A stretch of 64,000 nt of DNA from Eledone cirrhosa (lineage: Eukaryota). The stretch's first letter is position 1. Every line of letters begins with the position of its first letter. The DNA lies in NCBI GenBank assembly GCA_964016885.1, contig OZ024743.1, positions 107,136,001 to 107,200,000 of the forward strand, given 5' to 3'. A program made the position numbers and the translations under genes. Positions 56,967 to 64,000 of this stretch are shown here, one piece after another. The notes beneath the pieces were generated by a model. The model made no database searches, was not told the DNA's origin, and saw only the letters and a list, made by a program, of their open reading frames with translations.

Positions 56967-59564
56967 TTAGGGTGTTCCAGAATCCCACATTTTACACAAA
57001 AGTGATTTTTTTTCAGGACCCTATGCATTTTCTCGTGCCATTTTGTATATTATCAATTTATAATGTAATTTTGATTATTTCAGACTAATTTAAGCCTTGC
57101 CTAATAGTTGCAAATAGGCAGAATAATGGCGGAAACCCGTGGGCCTAGTTGTAGCTACTCGTTCCGTTGTGATGATCGAGAAATATGGCTGCTGGGGCAA
57201 TATGTTACACCCTTTTACACCAAACAAAATACCAACAAAGGGGGATGTTCTATGAATACAGAAATTTACAAAAACAACAAAGGTTCTAAGTAAAACAAAG
57301 AAAAGTTGCACTATTTATTTCTGAATTGCATTCGTATTTCTACATTGCACATACTGATGCTGAAAAGAAAATTTTGAAAAACCATCTTCGTAACAATGAA
57401 CAGAAAATGTTAGATGCTACATTTCTCGAAGCCCTGCGTTGCCAGAAAAAAGTATATCTGGGTGCTGAAGCAAGGGTTACCAGAAAAAGGTATCTTCAAA
57501 TTTTAAGCGTAATCAGGCTTCTGTGGCTCGTCGAGAGTCAGAGAACCATAGAAAGCGTTTGTCAGGATCTGTAGCAGCACAACTTCCACGTAATGAACTG
57601 AGTGATTCAAGTTCAACCAATGATGAAACTGAAGATGAACTGGATCCTGAATTTCAGGCCTCAAACCCACCCAGAGACAGCTCAAAGTCAGACAAGCAAC
57701 GAAAAATCCAGCTGGAACTCCCAAAGAATCCATTTCAAAGTCCAAAAATGTATCTAATGCCTGATCGTTTAAACCTGACACTGGGCCAGAGATCAGCATT
57801 TATGGCATCGATTATTTCTGAGGGTGAGACTGACAACTCTCTCCAAGAATAGTAGCAGACGTGCAGCCAAGAAGATCATAACTGTGGGGGCTGAACACGT
57901 AAAGGAACAATTTGCTGTACCAGACTTTGTTACCTTGCATTGGGATGGCAAAATAATTCCCGGTGACCACGAGAGTCCTGGTGTGCTAGTTGCTGGAACT
58001 CCGGACTTCAGAGAAGGTAAACTCCTCGGTGTTCCCATAATTCATGATGGCAGTGAAACCACCCAAGCCAAAGCATCATTTGATCTTGTTTAAGATTGGA
58101 ATATTGATGGGTCTGCGGTGGGCTTGGTCTTCGACACAACTGCTTCGAATTCCGGATGGGAAAATGGTGCCTGCGTGAAACTAGAAGAGATGCTCAACAA
58201 AAAGGTGTTTTATTTTGCTTGACGGCACCATGTCATGGAGCGTATCTTGTCTGCAGAGTGGCAAAAACTATGCGGAGCAATGTCCAGTCCAGACATCCCA
58301 GAGTTCAAGGAGTTCAAAAAGGATTGGGTGTCACTCACGGACAAAACCAACTTTAAAACATTGAACGTTATCGACCAGAGACCCAAGCGTCTGTGTGCTG
58401 TGAACATCAAGTTCCTCCAAAATTGGCTGACATCCGACGATGGGAAAATGAGTTCTCTTCCACGGGACGACTACCGAGAATGTGCCGAGTTGAAGTTGAT
58501 CTTGCTTGGTGTCACCCCTCCTCGTAGAACTCATTGGATGCTACCTAGTGCACATCATAACGCTCTGTGGATTTCCACAATCATCTATAGTGTAAAGATG
58601 TATGCATTTGGTGAGCAACTCAATTACGATCAAGCTAAAATGGAAAAGTTGCGCCGGATCTGTATGTTCAATGCTCTGTTCTACGTGCGATACTGGCTGA
58701 CAGCAGTCAAGTCTGCTGATGCACCATCCAATGACCTTCAACGTGGAGTTGACACAGTACAGTAAGGTTGACAGAGATCTCTCGCAGACAGCCACTACTG
58801 CTCTGAGCAGGCATCTTTGGTACCTGACGGAGGAAGCCATTCCACTAGCGCTGTTTTAAAATCGGGTCGAAGAGTCCGAGAAGAAACAAATAGCCCAACG
58901 TCTTGTCAAAACGAAAACGTCTGGGCCTCTCGACTGTGGAGCTCCAGTATTTCCCGAGTTGAAGTCGTCCACGAAAATACCTCGTCTAGTTGTGAAGAAA
59001 TAAAAGCTTCTGTTCGATCTCCTTGGTCTCGACGATACTTGGCTTGAGCTGTCACCTGCAACTTTGTCATCACAAGCGTCATATCAAAATGCCTGTGTTG
59101 TTGTTCACAATATTAAGTTAGTCAACGATCTGGCGGAGTGAGCTGTCAAGTTGATAACTTATTTTGTTACCATCACCAAGGATGAGGAGGAGAAGCAGTC
59201 GGTTCTACAAGTAGTCGAATCTCATCGTCGCAAGGTCCCTGATTTCAAAAAAGAAACTGAATAATATATGACTATAGTTAACTTAACTGAACATGTTTCT
59301 TCCTTGTAAGCCTTTATATTCAAATCTGGTTTACTAAATATAATGGATTAATAAAATAAACAATTATCGTATGGTCATATTTGGTTTCACATTTTCATTA
59401 TTTCATGCGGCATAATCACAATTTCCACTATAATCACCATAATATAGGCAAGGCTCAAAATAATTTATTTTATACAAAATATGTTTTATTTACAGAATTG
59501 GGGCATTTGTAATGGGGAAAAACACAGCGTTAATATTGTGTCCTTGCTTTGTATAGTACACTCT

Positions 59565-59566
<2 letters not shown>
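56967..59566 (+). mobile_element. hAT-superfamily (hATm-like) DNA transposon with decayed transposase (~57127-59260)
   Basis: Termini TTAGGGTGTTC / GTACACTCTAA and a subterminal IR agccttgccta/taggcaaggct. Motifs LHWDGK, FDTTASNSG..GAC, RHHVME, PRDDYRE, RHLWYL, VNDLAE, with multiple stops and frameshifts. Confidence 0.8.
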
Positions 59567-59655
<89 letters not shown>

Positions 59656-60724
59656 GTGTGTGTGCGCGTGTGTGTGTATGTATGTTAGTATGTATATATA
59701 TATATATCATAATCGTCATAATTTTGTACATGCCTTCTATATAAATATATATACGTGTTTGTGTGTGTGAGGGGGTGTGAGTGTGTGTGTAAACGCGTGA
59801 GTGTATGTGTGTGTATGTGTGTGTGTGTGAGTGTAAAAAGGAAACCGAAATAACTAAACAAATGACAGTACTTGGAAGAAATATATTCGTTTAACACTTG
59901 AAATAGTAGTAAGGTAGTCATAAAGTTTCAGAAACTACTCCTTCATTAGAAGATATAAATAAATATTAAAGAGTGATAATAGGAAAGAACGAGAGAAAAT
60001 GGGGAAAAATATAGGGAAAAAACAGGAAGTAATAATATATTATTAAAAATATATAATGTATTGCGCAACTCAAGTCCGAAGAGCGTGTTTGAATATAAAT
60101 ATTAAGGCAGGTAAGTACGTTTCCATATACCCGAGGACCAACTTGTTCAACCTGTGCCGATGAAAATCTGGTTATAAATGAAGGTGTATGCCTGACTGCG
60201 ACGCCAAGCTCTTTCGTCTTTTGTTTAGAAAGTTTTCCCAAGGGTGTATCTGGCAAGAAATGTTACTTTTCTCTCTGGAATTTATAAGGGATATGTCAAA
60301 TCAGGTCTCTAGCTTGGTTGCTACTTCTATGGTAAAATTTGTCATTGGGATAAGCTGGCAGAAAGTGGACAGTAGATGTGGGGTGCCAGATGTTGGTAGG
60401 AGTCAAGAGAAGGAAATAATGCTAGGTGCACTTACGAATTTCATATGCATTGTTAAACACGTGGTGAACATTCACGAGGTCCCAGACACATATCTAAGAT
60501 TTTTATCCATTTCTGTCGATTATCTACAATTTGCATTTATTGTATATGTGATTTTAAACTATTGCCACAAAGCTTTGCTCGTTTTATTCATGGTGTCACT
60601 CTTTCTTAACTTGGTCTTTATTCAGGAAGGAAATGTAATAACTTTCCACACCATTGAGTGCTGTGTTACTGCATCAAACAATTTCGATTGGTATCTGCAC
60701 TATTGTGGTTACAAGTCCAATGTA

Positions 60725-60853
60725 TACTGAGTTAAAATCCCGCCGAGGTTAACTTTGTCTTTCATCGTTACGGGGTCGATAAAATAAAGCACCATTAATG
60801 CACTGGGTTATTGCTGGCCTTGTGCCAAACGTAGAAACAATTATTATTATTAT
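60725..60853 (+). mobile_element. SINE family 1, 5'-truncated
   Basis: ctgagttaaaatcccgccgaggttaactttg...gtagaaacaattattatt. Confidence 0.85.
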
Positions 60854-61374
60854 TCTCATTGTCTCATTTAATTGATTAATAGCGTATTTTTCATTTGTTT
60901 ATAAGTGCGAACTGTGAGCCTTTTTAGTCTGTTAAAGAAAGCCTCTTTGTTCACGCCGTGAATTCAGCTGCCAATGTTCGGCAATAAGATCTTCCTTTTT
61001 TTTGTCTCGTCCAAACTAAACTACGTCGGGTAAAATTGAACGAACAAGTGGTGACGCAATGATTTCCCGTTCCATAGCTAGGTGAACATACGAATTGCAT
61101 ATGCATTGTGCAACTTGTGGTGCACCATATTGAAAACTTTTAACGATTTCGATCGGTTATTTATTTATTTTGAGATGGTCCTTTATCTGTTTGTATTTAT
61201 CGTTGGTTATGGTTATAAACTGTGGCCACCTAAACGTAATAGTTTTATTCATGGTGTCACGCTTTCTTAACTCTGTGTTTCTCAGGAGGAAAATGTACTA
61301 ACCCTGGTTTGAGACAGCCTCAAACATTTCAGTTGGTATCTAGTCTACTGCGGCTACAACATCGATATATACCT

Positions 61375-61447
<73 letters not shown>

Positions 61448-61527
61448 TATATATGTATATATGTATTTGTGTGTGTGTGGATGTGGGTGTGTAAGTGTGG
61501 GTGAGTCTCTGTGTGCGTATGTATGTA

Positions 61528-61595
<68 letters not shown>

Positions 61596-61653
61596 CGCGT
61601 GTGCACGTGTGTGTGTATGGGTGTGTGAGTGTATGTGTGTGTATGTGTGTATG

Positions 61654-61721
<68 letters not shown>

Positions 61722-62303
61722 CATATATATATGTCTGTATGCTTGTTAGTGTGTCTTTGTGTGTGTATTTATTTCCGTGTATTCGTGTGTGAGTGACTGT
61801 TTCTGCGACGGCACGTGTATATGTGCATATTTATTTGTATATATGTAGAAGCATATATATTGACACTACTTCGAAAAATACCGTTTCGGATCCAATTTAT
61901 TTCAACGATTTAATTGCGAACGCAAACAAAATACTCTTTACACTTTGCATGCAAACGCAATTCGTAAGATCTAACACAGGATATAAAGGTGATAAAAATT
62001 CTGTTTATATATCTATTTGGCTGAAGGTTGTGTATTAAATTAGAAATCAGTAAATATTTAATGCAGCAATAGAAAATTAATTGAAAAAGTGGGAATGGGT
62101 ATATTTAAAAATATATTTTCAAAATTTAAATACCTTTTAGCATATCAGTTTATTTAATACTTTATAGGTATTCCTATACTAACAATAAATACACAAATTT
62201 ATCTCGCCTAGGAATCAAATTGGAGGTTAGAGCAATCTCTTTGTTTAATATTTGCGATCTGGAATGTCTGTATAAGTGTACAGTGATACTTACTGAATAA
62301 TTC

Positions 62304-62392
<89 letters not shown>

Positions 62393-62478
62393 TAAGTTAT
62401 TCCGGGTTGAATCGGAGGTAACCACAGTAAGTAAGGTACTCAATACATAGCAGAGTATAAAAGTTTTAATATAGATGT

Positions 62479-62527
62479 GATTCTACAGGACTGGAACTGT
62501 TTCATTCTTTAGAAATCATCAGGAATC
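62479..62527 (-). ncRNA. Type I hammerhead ribozyme (family A)
   Basis: Minus strand: gattc CTGATGA tttc-taaa-gaat GAAA cag-ttccagtc-ctg TA gaatc. Confidence 0.82.
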
Positions 62528-62799
62528 TCGATGATTCTCAGATAAGTACGCTATAAGTACGCTATAAGATCTTTTTGCCGAACATTGGCAGTTGAATTCA
62601 AGGCGTGAACAAAGAGGCTTTAACAGACTAAAAAGGCTCACAACTACCGCTTATAAACAACAGATAAGTACGCTACTAATCAATTAAATGAGGCAATGAG
62701 AATAATAATAATTGTTTCTACGTTTGGCACAAGGCCAGCAATAACCCAGTGCATTACTTGTGCTTTATTTTATCGACCCCGTAACGATGAAAGAATCTC

Positions 62800-62850
62800 A
62801 GATTCCTGATGATTTCTAAAGAATGAAACAGTTCTAGTCCTGTAGAATCT
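62800..62850 (+). ncRNA. Type I hammerhead ribozyme (family A)
   Basis: agattc CTGATGA tttc-taaa-gaat GAAA cag-ttctagtc-ctg TA gaatct. Confidence 0.82.
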
Positions 62851-62860
62851 CATCTATATT

Positions 62861-62909
<49 letters not shown>

Positions 62910-62938
62910 GAAATCAGTAAAATTGAATCTCTGGCGGT

Positions 62939-63312
62939 TTGCAAGTAAATTCGGCCTACTTATATGAAAAGATGAGTTAGCAAAGCACTCGATAAGATAG
63001 GGCGTTAGAGTAATAACATACGGTTAAATAGCTTGACAAATCGAACATTGTGGTAGGCGAATCTAACACACAATATATACCAAAGTAACGATAGAACTAA
63101 TCAGGTTGAGAAAAGTACACCTGTTGCAAGTAAATTCGGCCTACTTATATGAAATGATGAGGTAGGTAGCAAAGCACTCGATAAGATAGGGCCTTAGAGT
63201 AATAACATACGTTTAAATAGCTTGACAAATCGAACATTGTGGTAGGCGAATCTAACACACAATATATACCAAAGTAACGATAGAACTAATCAGGTTGAGA
63301 AAAGTACACCTG
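62939..63312. repeat. Tandem dimer of a ~185-bp unit between (TA)n tracts
   Basis: ttgcaagtaaattcggcctac...gagaaaagtacacctg at 62939 and 63124. Confidence 0.92.
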
Positions 63313-63323
63313 ATATATATATT

Positions 63324-63440
<117 letters not shown>

Positions 63441-63529
63441 GCATATATATATACATAAATATATATATATAAATTTATGAATATATATATATATATATAT
63501 ATTCATACATTTATATATATATATTTATG

Positions 63530-63638
<109 letters not shown>

Positions 63639-63845
63639 TTATACATGTATATATGTACATATATATATATATATGTATATATATATATGTATATATGTGT
63701 ATAAATATATATAATATATGTATAAATAAAGACTAAATTTAGTGTCTAAAATTACGAGGGTAGAGAATGCCACAAACGTTTTAAATATTTAATCTTAAAC
63801 ATACAGTAGGATATAATTCTATACTGACCGTATCAAAAATATTTC

Positions 63846-63934
63846 ATCTCTCGGACAGATTATAGATTTAATCTGTTTCGCCCTGAAAATTGTGTTTGTA
63901 ACATATGATCTGTAGGCTTTCATCAGCGAGAGAT
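63846..63934 (-). ncRNA. Full type I hammerhead ribozyme with stable stem III
   Basis: Minus strand: atctctcg CTGATGA aagcc[long loop]ggc GAAA cagatta-aatcta-taatctg TC cgagagat. 8-bp stem I, 7-bp stem III, GUC triplet. Confidence 0.88.
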
Positions 63935-64000
63935 TAGATCAAATGAAACAAAACACATCTACCAACAACTCAAGGAGTAAAAATGTGCACCTCGTGAGCT

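Larger units (their letters stand above)
62391..62864. mobile_element. Head-to-head family-A HHR element enclosing a captured copy of local DNA
   Basis: Minus arm 62391-62538, plus arm 62792-62864. The insert 62566-62794 is the reverse complement of 60758-60993. Confidence 0.88.

Overview
AT-rich, microsatellite-dense animal genomic DNA. The tRNA-derived SINE families and (TA)n/(CA)n load suggest a mollusc, probably an octopod (inference). No host gene is confidently recognisable, and most listed ORFs are microsatellite artefacts. The window is dominated by mobile elements: a young 8.5-kb tandem-plus-inverted Penelope-like element (PLE; RT + GIY-YIG, 10592-19134), a second near-intact PLE (53777-56780), several PLE remnants, decayed R4/Dong-like and RTE-like LINEs, a hAT(m)-like DNA transposon and many SINEs. 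The signal the ORF track misses is a set of about 12 apparently intact type I hammerhead ribozymes (HHRs) in at least 6 unrelated sequence families. They sit in small non-coding, highly structured elements: a 311-bp tandem retrozyme-like array, a 413-bp terminally redundant monomer, and head-to-head palindromic inserts. Almost all are embedded in (TA)n tracts with both 3' ends facing outward. In one case a copy of nearby genomic DNA lies between two ribozyme arms. All structure and motif calls were made by eye and have not been computed.
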